Notes under the pieces: model-generated | What the model was told of the DNA's origin: nothing | What the model saw: only the letters and a program-made list of their open reading frames with translations | The model's database searches: none | NCBI GenBank assembly: GCA_002070905.1 | Contig: MWEF01000003.1 | Coordinates: 11,216 to 75,215 of the forward strand | Length of the DNA: 64,000 nt | Origin: Tenericutes bacterium ADurb.Bin087 | GTDB taxonomy: Bacteria; Bacillota_I; Bacilli_A; RFN20; CAG-826 | Direction of reading: 5' to 3' | Made by a program: the position numbers and the translations under genes | Shown: positions 1 to 9,833 of the stretch, piece after piece | Position numbering within the stretch: the first letter of the stretch is position 1 | Layout of the letters: each line of letters starts with the position of its first letter

Positions 1-1340
1 GTAACTTGCATCCGTGTATCATCAAGATACGCTAAATCGACATAAATGCCGCGTTTATCTTGGCATAATTCCATAATCGGTCCCACATATTCTTGCGGGG
101 TCATAATTTGCGCTTTAACGTAAGGTTCTTCAATCCGCTCAACAATGGTAAAATCAGGTAATTTACTTGGGTTATCGATTTTTAACATCTTGCCGTCGGT
201 AAGATAGACATGATAAATAACACTAGGGGCGGTTAAGATTAAATTTAAATCGTGTTCTCGTTCCAGCCGTTCTTGAATCACATCCATATGCAAAAGTCCT
301 AAAAACCCGCAGCGGAACCCAAAACCTAACGCGACACTCGTTTCTGGTTCATACTTTAAAGCCGCATCATTAAGCGAGAGTTTTTCTAAAGCGTCCTTAA
401 GATCACCATAATCTTTGGAATCAACTGGATAGAGACCACAATAAACCATCGGGGTAATTTCACGATAACCAGGCAAAGCTTCTTTGGCTTTATTATTTAC
501 TAAAGTAACGGTATCACCCGTGCTAATATCTTTAATATCTTTAATTTGTGCCGCTAAATAACCTACTTCCCCAGCCCGTAACACATCACGCTTTACTTCT
601 TGCGGGGTTCTAATGCCTAATTCAGTGACTAGATACTTTTTATTCGTGGCCATCATTAAAACTTCATCCCCAACACGCACTTCCCCTTCTTTAATGCGCA
701 GCATAATCACCACACCGCGATACGGGTCATAATAACTATCAAAAATAAGCGCTTTAAGTGGCGCTTTAACACTGCCACTTGGAGCGGGCACATGCTTAAC
801 AATTGCTTCAAGTACTTCGGCAATATTAAAACCCGTTTTAGCGCTGACTCCAATTACTTTCGTGGGGTCAAGTCCAATTCGTTTATGAATTTCTTCACGC
901 ACTTCTTCCACGCGCGCATTTGGTAAATCAACTTTATTAATCACTGGAATAATTTCAAGGTCGTTATCAATTGCTAAATACATATTAGCGAGTGTCTGCG
1001 CTTCTACACCTTGCGTTGCATCAACGACTAAAATCGCCCCTTCGCACGCTGCAAGTGAGCGACTTACTTCATAGGTAAAATCAACATGCCCTGGGGTGTC
1101 AATTAAATTTAAGCGATATGTATTACCGTCTTTTGCCGTATAATCAAGCGCGACAGCATTAAGTTTAATGGTAATTCCGCGCTCGCGTTCAAGCTCTAAA
1201 GAATCAAGCACTTGCGCTTTCATTTCACGCTTTTCAATCGTGCCTGTTGTCTCAATTAAGCGATCGGCAAGCGTTGATTTACCATGATCAATATGGGCAA
1301 TAATTGAGAAGTTCCGAATTAAATCTTTATTGTAGCTCAT
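1..1340 (-). CDS. lepA: Elongation factor 4 (LepA), N-terminal ~446 codons; the C-terminus lies beyond the window edge
   Basis: Absent from the ORF track because it runs off the window. Manual translation from ATG 1340..1338 gives [30 protein letters not shown]...[10 protein letters not shown], the LepA/EF4 G-domain signature. The frame stays open to position 1. Confidence 0.92.
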   Translation of the reverse strand, partial: MSYNKDLIRNFSIIAHIDHGKSTLADRLIETTGTIEKREMKAQVLDSLELERERGITIKLNAVALDYTAKDGNTYRLNLIDTPGHVDFTYEVSRSLAACEGAILVVDATQGVEAQTLANMYLAIDNDLEIIPVINKVDLPNARVEEVREEIHKRIGLDPTKVIGVSAKTGFNIAEVLEAIVKHVPAPSGSVKAPLKALIFDSYYDPYRGVVIMLRIKEGEVRVGDEVLMMATNKKYLVTELGIRTPQEVKRDVLRAGEVGYLAAQIKDIKDISTGDTVTLVNNKAKEALPGYREITPMVYCGLYPVDSKDYGDLKDALEKLSLNDAALKYEPETSVALGFGFRCGFLGLLHMDVIQERLEREHDLNLILTAPSVIYHVYLTDGKMLKIDNPSKLPDFTIVERIEEPYVKAQIMTPQEYVGPIMELCQDKRGIYVDLAYLDDTRMQV

Positions 1341-1451
1341 AATAGTTGCTCTCGAGATAGTATTATACCAATTTTTAATAAAATTGACTAATGAGAAAAG
1401 ACTTGCTGTAAAACATTCCAATAAGTGTTAAAAATATTTATTAAACATTAC

Positions 1452-3785
1452 TTAATTTAGGAAAAAACGCGCTAAAAGATGGCTGATTCTTTCGGCGTCT
1501 TTGACTTGGACAACAAAGCCATCATAATTCTCCAATTGACTACGATACGGATTATAGTTATAACGTTTATCCATTAAGAGGATAAAGCCATAATCTACTT
1601 CACTTCTAATCACACGGCCCATGGTTTGGAGTATCTTGTTGAGTGCAGGATAAACATAAGCATAACTTATCCCGTCATTAAGTTTGTTGTCAAAATAGTC
1701 TTTTTCGAGTTCTTTTTCAAAAGACGGCGGCGGATAGCCAACGCCTAAAATAATCACACCACTTAAGCGGTCACTAACAAGATCAACACCTTCACTAAAG
1801 GAGCCGCCTAACACCGCTAGACCAAGCGTTGTTTTAGTGGGGGAAAGTTTAAAAGTATCAAGATATTCTTCTTTTTCGACATCACTCATACTTGAGCGCT
1901 GCACAATTAAATCATAGTCATCGCTATTTCCTAATTCACGTTCTAGATTTTCAAGATACACAAAACTAGGTGTATAAACAATATAATTACCAACTTTAAC
2001 ACTAATTGCCGCGCGAATTTTAGCGGCGACTGTGCTTAGCGTTTGGTCGCGATCTTTATAATAAAGACTCGTGCTCCCATCCACCATTATTAAAAGTTGT
2101 TCACGTTTAAATGGATTAGGAATTTGATGGATATCATCATCAATATCAAGCATTGTTTTAAAGTATGGTGCGGGCGCTAAAGTTGCGCTAAAAAAGATAG
2201 CGTGATCAATAATTCTTAAAAATTCATTAATAAATTTCGCGCCATTAAGACACTTAACATAAAACTTCGGGAAAAATTTGCGCTCTTCATCAACTTCCGT
2301 AAATAACACAAAGTCGTCACTATCCGCTAAATCGAGAATTTTAATAAATTTATTCACATCAAAAAAGAAATCACTAAAGCCCTCCACAAGCTTGTCGCCA
2401 ATTTCTTGCATATATTCGCTACCAATCACTAAAAAGCGGTCAAGACTACTACGTAATTCCGCGGGAAATTCCGCAATTGTTTCAAATTCACTACCAATCC
2501 CATCTTTATATTCATCTAAATCCTTGACAATGCGATTAATGATGCGTCTAATTTTCTTATGTTCAGTGCCCTTTAACACTTTACGAAAGCTATAAAAGGG
2601 CGAGAAATCTAGCACTAATGAGTAATTATCCATCACTCTGCGGGGTAAGTTATGTGCTTCATCAACAAGGGCAATATAATTACCACGTTTTGCATCAAAG
2701 AAACGCCGTAAATACACAAACGGATCAAAAAGATAATTATAATCAGCAATAATCACATCACTTAAAAGTGTTAAATCTAACTGATATTCAAAAGGACACA
2801 AATTATGCTTTTTAGCGTACTCCATAATAAATTCGCGATTATATTCATCGCCGCTTCTAAAAGCATCAAGTAAGGCATTTCTAATCTTGCCGTAATAATT
2901 AACCGCAAACGGACATTCATCCGGATTACAGGCAACTTTATCATTAAGACACATCTTCTCGCGCGCATTTACCGTTGTACTTTTAATAAGCGCTGTTTGC
3001 CGCACGACTTTTAAGGCATTTTCTGCTTGTGCTTTCCCACTGCCTTTCGCCGTTAAGTAAAAGATTTTAGTGTCACTTTTTTCCGCTAAAACTTTAAGAC
3101 TAGGATAGAGCACCGCCATTGTTTTCCCACTGCCTGTTGGAGCATTAAAGTAGATTTTATGTTCATTTTCTAAAGCGTACTCAACTTGTTCCATCATTAT
3201 TTTTTGACTTGTGCGCGCTGCTTGATAAGGGAAATTAAGTGCTCCAAGTGCTTTTGTTCTGCGCTTTTGATATTTTTCGACTTGATAGAAAAAGGCTAAA
3301 TATTCACCAAAATAACTATAGACGTCACTTTGTAATTCTTCACGACTAAATGTATAACGCTTAAAAGTCTTCCGGTCATCAAGTTGCGAGATATATGTCA
3401 GTTGAATGTCAATTGTGTCTAAATCAAAGCGTAGCGCATACATTAAGGCATAACACTTTGCTTGCCCAAGATGCCACGCTTCATGCGCTTCATAAAATTT
3501 ATCAATATCGGTATTCGCACTTTTAATTTCTTCAATCGTTACTTCATTACCATTAACAATAACGCCGTCGACTCTGCCCTGTAATGTAATTAAGTGATTC
3601 TCATATTCGAAAGTATGTTCAAGGGCATATTCCGCAAGATATTTATCGTTTTGTTTAGCTTGATAAAAGGTGTGAATCTGTGTCCCGCGGCTCATCGTTT
3701 CTAAATTAAAAACACGGGTATCTAAATCACCCGAATGTAACACAAAGTCGACAAGCTCGTGAACACTGAGATTAAACTTCCGCAT
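1452..3785 (-). CDS. Fusion protein: N-terminal RecB-type PD-(D/E)xK nuclease plus Rad3/XPD/DinG-family Fe-S DNA helicase
   Basis: 777-aa ORF. The N-terminus has GRVDG (D73), IEEIKS (E86, K88) and QAKCY (Q108..Y112). The helicase part has Walker A APTGSGKT, four Cys (279, 286, 291, 330), VDEAHNL and GRVIRS. The ATG overlaps the fmt stop by 14 nt. Confidence 0.85.
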   Translation of the reverse strand: MRKFNLSVHELVDFVLHSGDLDTRVFNLETMSRGTQIHTFYQAKQNDKYLAEYALEHTFEYENHLITLQGRVDGVIVNGNEVTIEEIKSANTDIDKFYEAHEAWHLGQAKCYALMYALRFDLDTIDIQLTYISQLDDRKTFKRYTFSREELQSDVYSYFGEYLAFFYQVEKYQKRRTKALGALNFPYQAARTSQKIMMEQVEYALENEHKIYFNAPTGSGKTMAVLYPSLKVLAEKSDTKIFYLTAKGSGKAQAENALKVVRQTALIKSTTVNAREKMCLNDKVACNPDECPFAVNYYGKIRNALLDAFRSGDEYNREFIMEYAKKHNLCPFEYQLDLTLLSDVIIADYNYLFDPFVYLRRFFDAKRGNYIALVDEAHNLPRRVMDNYSLVLDFSPFYSFRKVLKGTEHKKIRRIINRIVKDLDEYKDGIGSEFETIAEFPAELRSSLDRFLVIGSEYMQEIGDKLVEGFSDFFFDVNKFIKILDLADSDDFVLFTEVDEERKFFPKFYVKCLNGAKFINEFLRIIDHAIFFSATLAPAPYFKTMLDIDDDIHQIPNPFKREQLLIMVDGSTSLYYKDRDQTLSTVAAKIRAAISVKVGNYIVYTPSFVYLENLERELGNSDDYDLIVQRSSMSDVEKEEYLDTFKLSPTKTTLGLAVLGGSFSEGVDLVSDRLSGVIILGVGYPPPSFEKELEKDYFDNKLNDGISYAYVYPALNKILQTMGRVIRSEVDYGFILLMDKRYNYNPYRSQLENYDGFVVQVKDAERISHLLARFFLN

Positions 3786-4725
3786 CAGTGTATCCTTTTA
3801 ATAAAGTTGGCAATTTACTTTGTTCACCATTAATAAAACTCTTAGCGTCCACGATTTTCTTTCCGCTTTTTTGGAGTTGCAGGACTTCAATTTGACCGCC
3901 TTTTACTTGTAATAAAAGTCTTTTGTCATTAGTAAAAAGTTCCCCAATAGCGCGTTCCACACGATTATTTTCTAGCCGTGCTTCATAGATTTTTAGTGGC
4001 AAACTATCGTAGCTTAAAGTCGCACCAGTTAGGGGCGTAAAAGCTTGTATCCGCCCTAAAACATTCTTAACATCGTCATTTTCTAAATCAATCCACTCGT
4101 CTTTAGCTTTTAAAAGTGGCGCAAAAGTAACTTGCGATTCATCTTGCGGAGTCCCCTTATTTTCCCCGCTAATGACGGCAGGTAACACTTCTTTAATTAG
4201 TGTCGCACTAGCTTTTACCATTTTACTTGCAATTGTGGCAAAGTTATCACTTGGTTCAATCTTAAATTTCTCAATCCCAAATACCCTGCCTGCGTCCATT
4301 GCTTCAACCATTTCCATAAGACTAACACCCGTTTCTCTTTCCGCGTTTATGAGAGCCATTTGAATGGGGGACGCTCCACGATACTTCGGTAAGATCGAAC
4401 CATGGAAATTTAAACAACCGTATTTAGGTGCATCAAGCACTGCTTTTGGCACAATTTGACCATAGGCAAATGTTAGGATTAAGTCTGGTTTTAATTCCAC
4501 TAAGAAATCATATTCGCGACGGATACGAAATGGCGTAAAAACGGGAATATTATGGGCGAGCGCTAAACTTTTTACTGGACTTGGCGTTAATACTCTTTTG
4601 CGCCCAACAGGACTATCACCTTGTGTTACAACCGCAATAATGTTATAGTCTTCCGCAATTAAATAGCGTAAAAGTTCAGCGCTGAAGTCTGGAGTTCCTA
4701 AATATACAATTCTTAAATTTTTCAT
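3772..4725 (-). CDS. fmt: Methionyl-tRNA formyltransferase
   Basis: ORF-track start trimmed to the internal ATG at 4725, giving MKNLRIVYLGTPDFS, the canonical Fmt N-terminus. The HGSILPKYRGASPIQ motif is present. Confidence 0.9.
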   Translation of the reverse strand: MKNLRIVYLGTPDFSAELLRYLIAEDYNIIAVVTQGDSPVGRKRVLTPSPVKSLALAHNIPVFTPFRIRREYDFLVELKPDLILTFAYGQIVPKAVLDAPKYGCLNFHGSILPKYRGASPIQMALINAERETGVSLMEMVEAMDAGRVFGIEKFKIEPSDNFATIASKMVKASATLIKEVLPAVISGENKGTPQDESQVTFAPLLKAKDEWIDLENDDVKNVLGRIQAFTPLTGATLSYDSLPLKIYEARLENNRVERAIGELFTNDKRLLLQVKGGQIEVLQLQKSGKKIVDAKSFINGEQSKLPTLLKGYTDAEV

Positions 4726-5160
4726 ACTCTTCACGCTTAAATTATAGACAAAATTTCCCACTTCGTAATGAAATATATAAAATACTTCACTCATAAGATT
4801 AAAATTACTACCTACAGTGGCTACAATTTATAAGAATACGTGAATGTCCGTATCATCCTGCTTATAAGATTTGGTATCTCTTTACTACTAGGTGCTTATT
4901 ATTACTTGCATGACTTACTTACGGGTAAAAACGCTTTAATCATTAATTTTAACTGCTAAAAAAGCATAAAATGCACTACTATTTTTATCAAGTTACGTTA
5001 AATACCTTAAAACGATAATGCTGTTAAATAGTAACAATTATTAATTAAAGTTATTATAATCATAATATCAATATAAATTGGCAAGTGTCATTCTGTCGTC
5101 AAATATAAAAATAATATATTTGGAAAGAGGTAATAAGTGTAAAATTATTGCTCTCTTTAT

Positions 5161-5189
5161 TTGCTAAAATTATCATAATTTTATATAAT
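5161..5189 (+). promoter_or_regulatory. Candidate sigma-A promoter of rpsT
   Basis: TTGCTA (5161..5166), 17-nt spacer, TATAAT (5184..5189). This lies 31 nt upstream of the rpsT ATG, with SD GAAAGAGG in between. Confidence 0.5.
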
Positions 5190-5220
5190 ATTTAGGATTA
5201 TTATTGAAAGAGGTAATAGT

Positions 5221-5490
5221 ATGCCAAATATTAAGCAACAAATTAAACGTGTTAAGACGAATGAAAAAGCGCGGCAACGGAACGCCCATTTTAAATCAAT
5301 GGTGCGGACTCAACTTAAAAAAGTACGCTTAGCGATTGATGCAAAAGATGTCGCTTTAGCCGAAGCTGAATATAAAAAAGCCGTCTCTTTATTAGATAAA
5401 GCAACAGTACGTGGTGTTTTTCATCGCAATAAAGTTGCTCGTCATAAGAGCGAATTAGCGCGGCAAATTAATGAACTTTCCGCTCAATAA
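5221..5490 (+). CDS. rpsT: 30S ribosomal protein S20
   Basis: 89 aa, MPNIKQQIKRVKTNEKARQRN..., typical S20. Strong SD. Its 3' end overlaps the convergent holA stop by 7 nt. Confidence 0.95.
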   Translation: MPNIKQQIKRVKTNEKARQRNAHFKSMVRTQLKKVRLAIDAKDVALAEAEYKKAVSLLDKATVRGVFHRNKVARHKSELARQINELSAQ

Positions 5491-6449
5491 TTAAGCAGAA
5501 ACATTTCAAATCCATAAAAACGGTCAATTTGGCCGCTTTTTATTTTATAATCTAAATCCGCTAGTGCGAGCAATATATTAAATACTTCTTCCAAACTCGT
5601 GCGTCGTCTTTGATCCATCGCAAGTTTAACGCGATACGGATGAATCTTCAAAAAACTAGCGATTTCATCATTTGTCATCCCGCCTTCATGACATATATAA
5701 ATGTGGGCATATGTTCTAAACTGATTCCCCACTTGGGCAATAAAAGCAACGGGTTCTTGATTTTGCACTTTAAAATCTTGATATATCTTAATCGTCTTTG
5801 CTTTGTCCCCGCTGATGAAGGCATTGACAAGCGCAAAACTATTTTCTTCTAATAAGGGCGTTACAAGTTCTTCAACAAGTGGTAAGGTAACTCTTTCGCC
5901 ATAAATTGCTAATTTTTCAGCTTCTTGTAAAAAGGCTCCTAAATTAGTCACACGACTTAATAATTCTTCAGCCGCCGCATCATCAATTGGTAAATTTTCT
6001 TTGGCAAAGTAAGCACGGACAAAACGTTGCCAATCATTTTTATCAATATCTTTTTCAACAGTAATCTTTCCGTTATTTTCAATAAACTTAATAATCTTAT
6101 GTTTCGTATTAATTTGCGAAGAACGAGCGACGAAAATAAGATGCGTATCTTCACTTAAGCGCGAAAGTAAATCAATTTGTTCATCGGGGATGTCTTTATT
6201 AATACTTTTTTCATTACTTGTCGTTAACACACTGGCGTGATCAATAATAATGACACGTACACTACTATCAAACGAATAGCTAAGTGCCTCTTCCATAATT
6301 TCGCTAAAAAGTGTTTCGCGCATGTCGTAGCGTACATAGTTAAAAGCATTTCGTTCTGGTAGTAAAGTATCTACCGTTTTTCGAATAACTTTTTCCACAA
6401 GTGCATATTCATTTGCTGCAAAGAGATATAACATAGTTATATTATACAA
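5484..6449 (-). CDS. holA: DNA polymerase III delta subunit
   Basis: 321 aa. It sits immediately downstream of comEC (13-nt overlap) and next to rpsT, the conserved Bacillota comE-holA-rpsT arrangement. The call rests on size, synteny and general delta-subunit resemblance. Confidence 0.8.
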   Translation of the reverse strand: MYNITMLYLFAANEYALVEKVIRKTVDTLLPERNAFNYVRYDMRETLFSEIMEEALSYSFDSSVRVIIIDHASVLTTSNEKSINKDIPDEQIDLLSRLSEDTHLIFVARSSQINTKHKIIKFIENNGKITVEKDIDKNDWQRFVRAYFAKENLPIDDAAAEELLSRVTNLGAFLQEAEKLAIYGERVTLPLVEELVTPLLEENSFALVNAFISGDKAKTIKIYQDFKVQNQEPVAFIAQVGNQFRTYAHIYICHEGGMTNDEIASFLKIHPYRVKLAMDQRRRTSLEEVFNILLALADLDYKIKSGQIDRFYGFEMFLLNY

Positions 6450-8431
6450 GTTTTTATCGTAATTGTACCAAGTGTGTCTGTTCTTTTTACTTTAACATCG
6501 TATTTATGTAATGTTGCCAGCACACTATGATGGGGATGACCATAATAATTAGCGTAACCACAGCTAATAATCGCAACTTCTGGACGATAGTGACGGATAA
6601 AGTCTTCACTTGTACTTGTATTTGAACCGTGATGCCCAACTTTTAAAACATCAACTTTTAAAGACGGGTAATTATTTATTAATTCTGTTTCGTTTACAAT
6701 ACCAGCATCCGCCATTAAAAGCACATTCATTCGCGGAAAAGCCACATATAAAATTAATGAATCAAGATTTAGGTCATCATAATACTTATTATTTAAATTC
6801 CTAATTGTAATCCCGTTGATAGTAAGCGGGAAATAGTCTCTTTTTGTAATAACATTTTTGACGTTAAAATTATTCACTAACACCTCTTTAGCGCCACAAT
6901 GATCAAAGTCATCATGCGTAATAATTAAATAATCAAGACTAAAAATTTTATTCCGTTTTAAATAGGGAATTAAAATATCATTCCCCACATCTTTATAAGT
7001 TAGGCCCCCAGTATCCACTAACACATACTTATTTTTAATCCGTAATAAAGTACTATCGCCCTGCCCAACATTAATAAAACTTATCGCATATTCAAGATAA
7101 TGGCTGATTGGAAGTAAGTTTAATAAAAGCACTGTTGTTATTACAAAAAGAATTTCTTTTTGGAGGGGCTTTATTTTAGCGTTAATGCTATATAGTAAAA
7201 ATGCAACAAGGACAATGACCAACAATTTTACAACATTGTTAATCGCGCCAAAATATAAGGTAATATTTATTTTCTTCATCAAAAGCACGACGTGATAAAT
7301 AACATTTAAGAGATTAATCCCCATATTTTGTAAAAACGGAAGTAACATTGTAACGAAATACAAGAGCGTCCAAATACTAATCAGCGGCACAAGTAAAAGT
7401 GAGAAAAAGAGATAAACAATTTCAAATGAGCCGCTTTTAAATATGTTATAAGGAACGATGACACATACCACAATTAAAACACCTTGTAATCGTCCTTTTA
7501 TCGTTTTAGCGGGTTGTAAAAGTTTAAAAAGAAATGTTAACGTATACGCTAAGTAAAAGGCGGGATCAAAAATAAAGTACGGATTAATCACTAGGAAGAA
7601 AAAGGCCGCAATACTTGTTAATTCCACACTATTAAAAAGTGATTGTAATTTTGTTTTATTAATATAACGGAGCACTCCACTTAAAAAAATACGATAGAAA
7701 GCAAATTTTGTCACGTTAAGTAAAAATAAAGGTATAAGACATAGGTAACTAATTATTTCTTGCCATAATTCATTCATAAAGACACTACTTATTTTCTTTA
7801 TTAAACGGCGTAAAAAACTAAGATGCGCCCCCGTTAAAGTTATCAAAAAGATTAAATCTAAACGCACTAGCTCATTTAGGAAGGCATCATCATAATTTAT
7901 TGTCTTTGTTAACAATATATTTTTAAGATTTTCAAGCTGAGTGGGATAAGATATTACTTTAGTGCCGCGACTAAAAAGGCGTAATAAAGACGCTATTTTT
8001 AACTCTAAAAATGTAACATTTAGAGCACTAATTATTCCTTTATTTTCTAAATATTTAGCGTAATTAAATTCGCCTTCTAAAGTCCTAAAAGAGTAAGGAA
8101 TTTTATACCCTTTAATAAAAAGCACATCACCTTCCACAAATGTGTTATTTGAAATTCTTACATATAACTTGCCGCGCAGTGTTAAAATAACCACATGATT
8201 TTGTCCTGCTTTAGTTACTAACGCCAATCCATTTGTAAACGGTAAATTATTAATATAATTACATATCTTCATTATAATTAGACCAATTATAAATGATACT
8301 ATAACTAAAACAAAGACATGCCTGATTTTAAAAACACGGATTAGCAAGAGCACAAAAGCAAAGAGAAAATACGGTATTTTAGGAGTTAAAAGTCCTGCGA
8401 TAAAAGACAGAAGGATGAACAATAAATTCAT
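6437..8431 (-). CDS. comEC: DNA internalization channel protein ComEC/Rec2 with C-terminal metallo-beta-lactamase domain
   Basis: 664 aa and polytopic. The C-terminus carries FINVGQGDSTLL, HDDFDHCGA and VGHHGS metallo-beta-lactamase motifs. It overlaps comEA by 4 nt. Confidence 0.9.
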   Translation of the reverse strand: MNLLFILLSFIAGLLTPKIPYFLFAFVLLLIRVFKIRHVFVLVIVSFIIGLIIMKICNYINNLPFTNGLALVTKAGQNHVVILTLRGKLYVRISNNTFVEGDVLFIKGYKIPYSFRTLEGEFNYAKYLENKGIISALNVTFLELKIASLLRLFSRGTKVISYPTQLENLKNILLTKTINYDDAFLNELVRLDLIFLITLTGAHLSFLRRLIKKISSVFMNELWQEIISYLCLIPLFLLNVTKFAFYRIFLSGVLRYINKTKLQSLFNSVELTSIAAFFFLVINPYFIFDPAFYLAYTLTFLFKLLQPAKTIKGRLQGVLIVVCVIVPYNIFKSGSFEIVYLFFSLLLVPLISIWTLLYFVTMLLPFLQNMGINLLNVIYHVVLLMKKINITLYFGAINNVVKLLVIVLVAFLLYSINAKIKPLQKEILFVITTVLLLNLLPISHYLEYAISFINVGQGDSTLLRIKNKYVLVDTGGLTYKDVGNDILIPYLKRNKIFSLDYLIITHDDFDHCGAKEVLVNNFNVKNVITKRDYFPLTINGITIRNLNNKYYDDLNLDSLILYVAFPRMNVLLMADAGIVNETELINNYPSLKVDVLKVGHHGSNTSTSEDFIRHYRPEVAIISCGYANYYGHPHHSVLATLHKYDVKVKRTDTLGTITIKTCII

Positions 8432-8964
8432 CGTAAGATTACATTATTTTTAATTTTCTCAAATGTGGCTTTAGCAATCCCTTTAACCTTCATTAATTCT
8501 TCTAAATAAGTAAACTCACCATACTCCCCGCGATATTGAATAATAGCGCTCGCTAAAGTATCACCAATCCCGTTTACTTCCATTAGCTTATCTTTCGGGT
8601 CAGTGTTAATATTCACTTTATGAAGCGGCATCTCCCCACAATAATCATCTAAGTCATTAATCGGGGCAATATAATAACTTACACCCGCGACAAGCACCGT
8701 TTCTTCAAAGTAAGCTCTAGCATCAGCGTTACTTGTTGGCCCGCCCGCTGCCATAATTAAGTCGCCAATTGTTTCATCTTTCTTCATCACATACGTTCCT
8801 GGTTTTACGACTTGTCCTGTTACTGTAATGGATAAAAAATTATCATCAATGACATGCATTGAACTTTGCCCTTGCGGATTAGCGTTCATATTCGCATTAA
8901 TCACACTAAAGGCAAAAATGACAATAACAGTCGCAATCACAACCCCAATCATTAGCTTTAACAT
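8428..8964 (-). CDS. comEA: ComEA-family DNA receptor (membrane anchor plus SLBB plus helix-hairpin-helix)
   Basis: 178 aa with an N-terminal TM helix. The C-terminus LMEVNGIGDTLASAIIQYR...LMKVKGIAKATFEKIK forms tandem HhH motifs. GGAGG SD. Confidence 0.85.
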   Translation of the reverse strand: MLKLMIGVVIATVIVIFAFSVINANMNANPQGQSSMHVIDDNFLSITVTGQVVKPGTYVMKKDETIGDLIMAAGGPTSNADARAYFEETVLVAGVSYYIAPINDLDDYCGEMPLHKVNINTDPKDKLMEVNGIGDTLASAIIQYRGEYGEFTYLEELMKVKGIAKATFEKIKNNVILR

Positions 8965-9025
8965 AAATAAAAACCTCCTACTAATAAGTAGGAAGTTATT
9001 GATCTTTTTACTACAAAAATGGTAA

Positions 9026-9505
9026 TTATTCGATCGGATCAGTCGAAATATTTAAAATTTGCACTTCGTAAGGTGTTTGTGCTCTTACTAAGACGCGGTC
9101 ACCAACTTTTTTGCCTAAGATTGCTGTGGCAATTGGGGCATCAACGGAAACCGTGCCATTCAGTGGCTTACCTTCAAATTGGCCTAAAATACGAAATGAG
9201 AAAGTTTCATCATTTGTGCGGTCATGAACTTCAACATAATTACCAACTGCAACCGTTTTACTCGTTTTGGAATATTCAACAATTTCTTTGTGCGCTAAAA
9301 TATGTTCAATTTCCATGATGCGACTTTCAATGTTGCCTTGTTTATTCCGTGCAGCGTCGTAATCAGCATTTTCACTTAAGTCACCAAAACTGCGGGCTTC
9401 TTCGATTTCTTTGAGCACTAACGGCCGTTCTACGTTCACTAGAACACTTAATTCTTCTTCTAAGGCGTCGACCCCTTCTTGGGTTAAAGTATATTTATTA
9501 GTCAT
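9026..9505 (-). CDS. greA: Transcription elongation factor GreA
   Basis: 159 aa, MTNKYTLTQEGVDALEEEL...SENADYDAARNKQ, canonical GreA. Confidence 0.95.
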   Translation of the reverse strand: MTNKYTLTQEGVDALEEELSVLVNVERPLVLKEIEEARSFGDLSENADYDAARNKQGNIESRIMEIEHILAHKEIVEYSKTSKTVAVGNYVEVHDRTNDETFSFRILGQFEGKPLNGTVSVDAPIATAILGKKVGDRVLVRAQTPYEVQILNISTDPIE

Positions 9506-9534
9506 AGTTTTTCTCCTATATAAATTGCTTTGCT

Positions 9535-9562
9535 ATTATAACATAATGCGGGTAATTGGCAA
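9535..9562 (-). promoter_or_regulatory. Candidate greA promoter with extended -10
   Basis: The minus strand reads TTGCCA (9562..9557), 16-nt spacer, TGT-TATAAT (-10 at 9540..9535), then AGGAG SD. Confidence 0.5.
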
Positions 9563-9584
9563 AGGATAACAAACAGGGAAGCGG

Positions 9585-9833
9585 TTACTCTTCTAATTCG
9601 CTTTCGTAGGCGCGGAACACTTCTTCCATTTCGTCTAACTCTTCTTCGTCTTCAACATATTCTAATGTTCCATCATCAAAATATTTCGCACACATTACTT
9701 CTTCATCATTATTTTCATCATAGAAAAAGACATATTTTGTGCCTCGTTCTTCATTTTCATACGTAAAGAGAATAATAAACTCTTCCGTTACACCTTCATC
9801 AGTGGTAATCACGATCACATCATTTTCTTTCAT
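9585..9833 (-). CDS. DUF1292 family small acidic protein (YrzB-like)
   Basis: 82 aa and acidic. It lies downstream of ruvX as in Bacillota (alaS-ruvX-yrzB). Confidence 0.8.
   Translation of the reverse strand: MKENDVIVITTDEGVTEEFIILFTYENEERGTKYVFFYDENNDEEVMCAKYFDDGTLEYVEDEEELDEMEEVFRAYESELEE

Noticed and set aside
4726-4794. N-terminal extensions given by the ORF track. Affected genes: fmt to 4794, pullulanase to 19449, rpsO to 29793, rimP to 39686, DUF1667 to 24463, endonuclease to 43259, TM-DUF2188 to 62121, WG lipoprotein to 63896, alaS to 12859 and SSB-like to 17174.
   Set aside because: In each case an internal ATG is preceded by a good SD and yields the canonical N-terminus, a signal peptide or a lipobox. 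The extensions often begin with TTG, overlap the upstream gene or run through regulatory hairpins.
4795-5160. Possibility that the long AT-rich fmt/rpsT spacer is a replication origin or a dif site
   Set aside because: I found no cluster of TTATCCACA-like DnaA boxes (best match TTATCAAGT, 6 of 9). Nothing resembles the Bacillota dif core (ACTTCCTAGAATATATATTATGTAAACT). A partial TTATGTAAATA near 57030 lies within the GPH transporter leader near its RBS and lacks the XerC arm.
5484-5490. 7-nt convergent overlap of the rpsT and holA 3' ends with no room for terminators
   Set aside because: It is real in the sequence, but such tail-to-tail overlaps are common in compact genomes. I see no structure that suggests specific antisense regulation.
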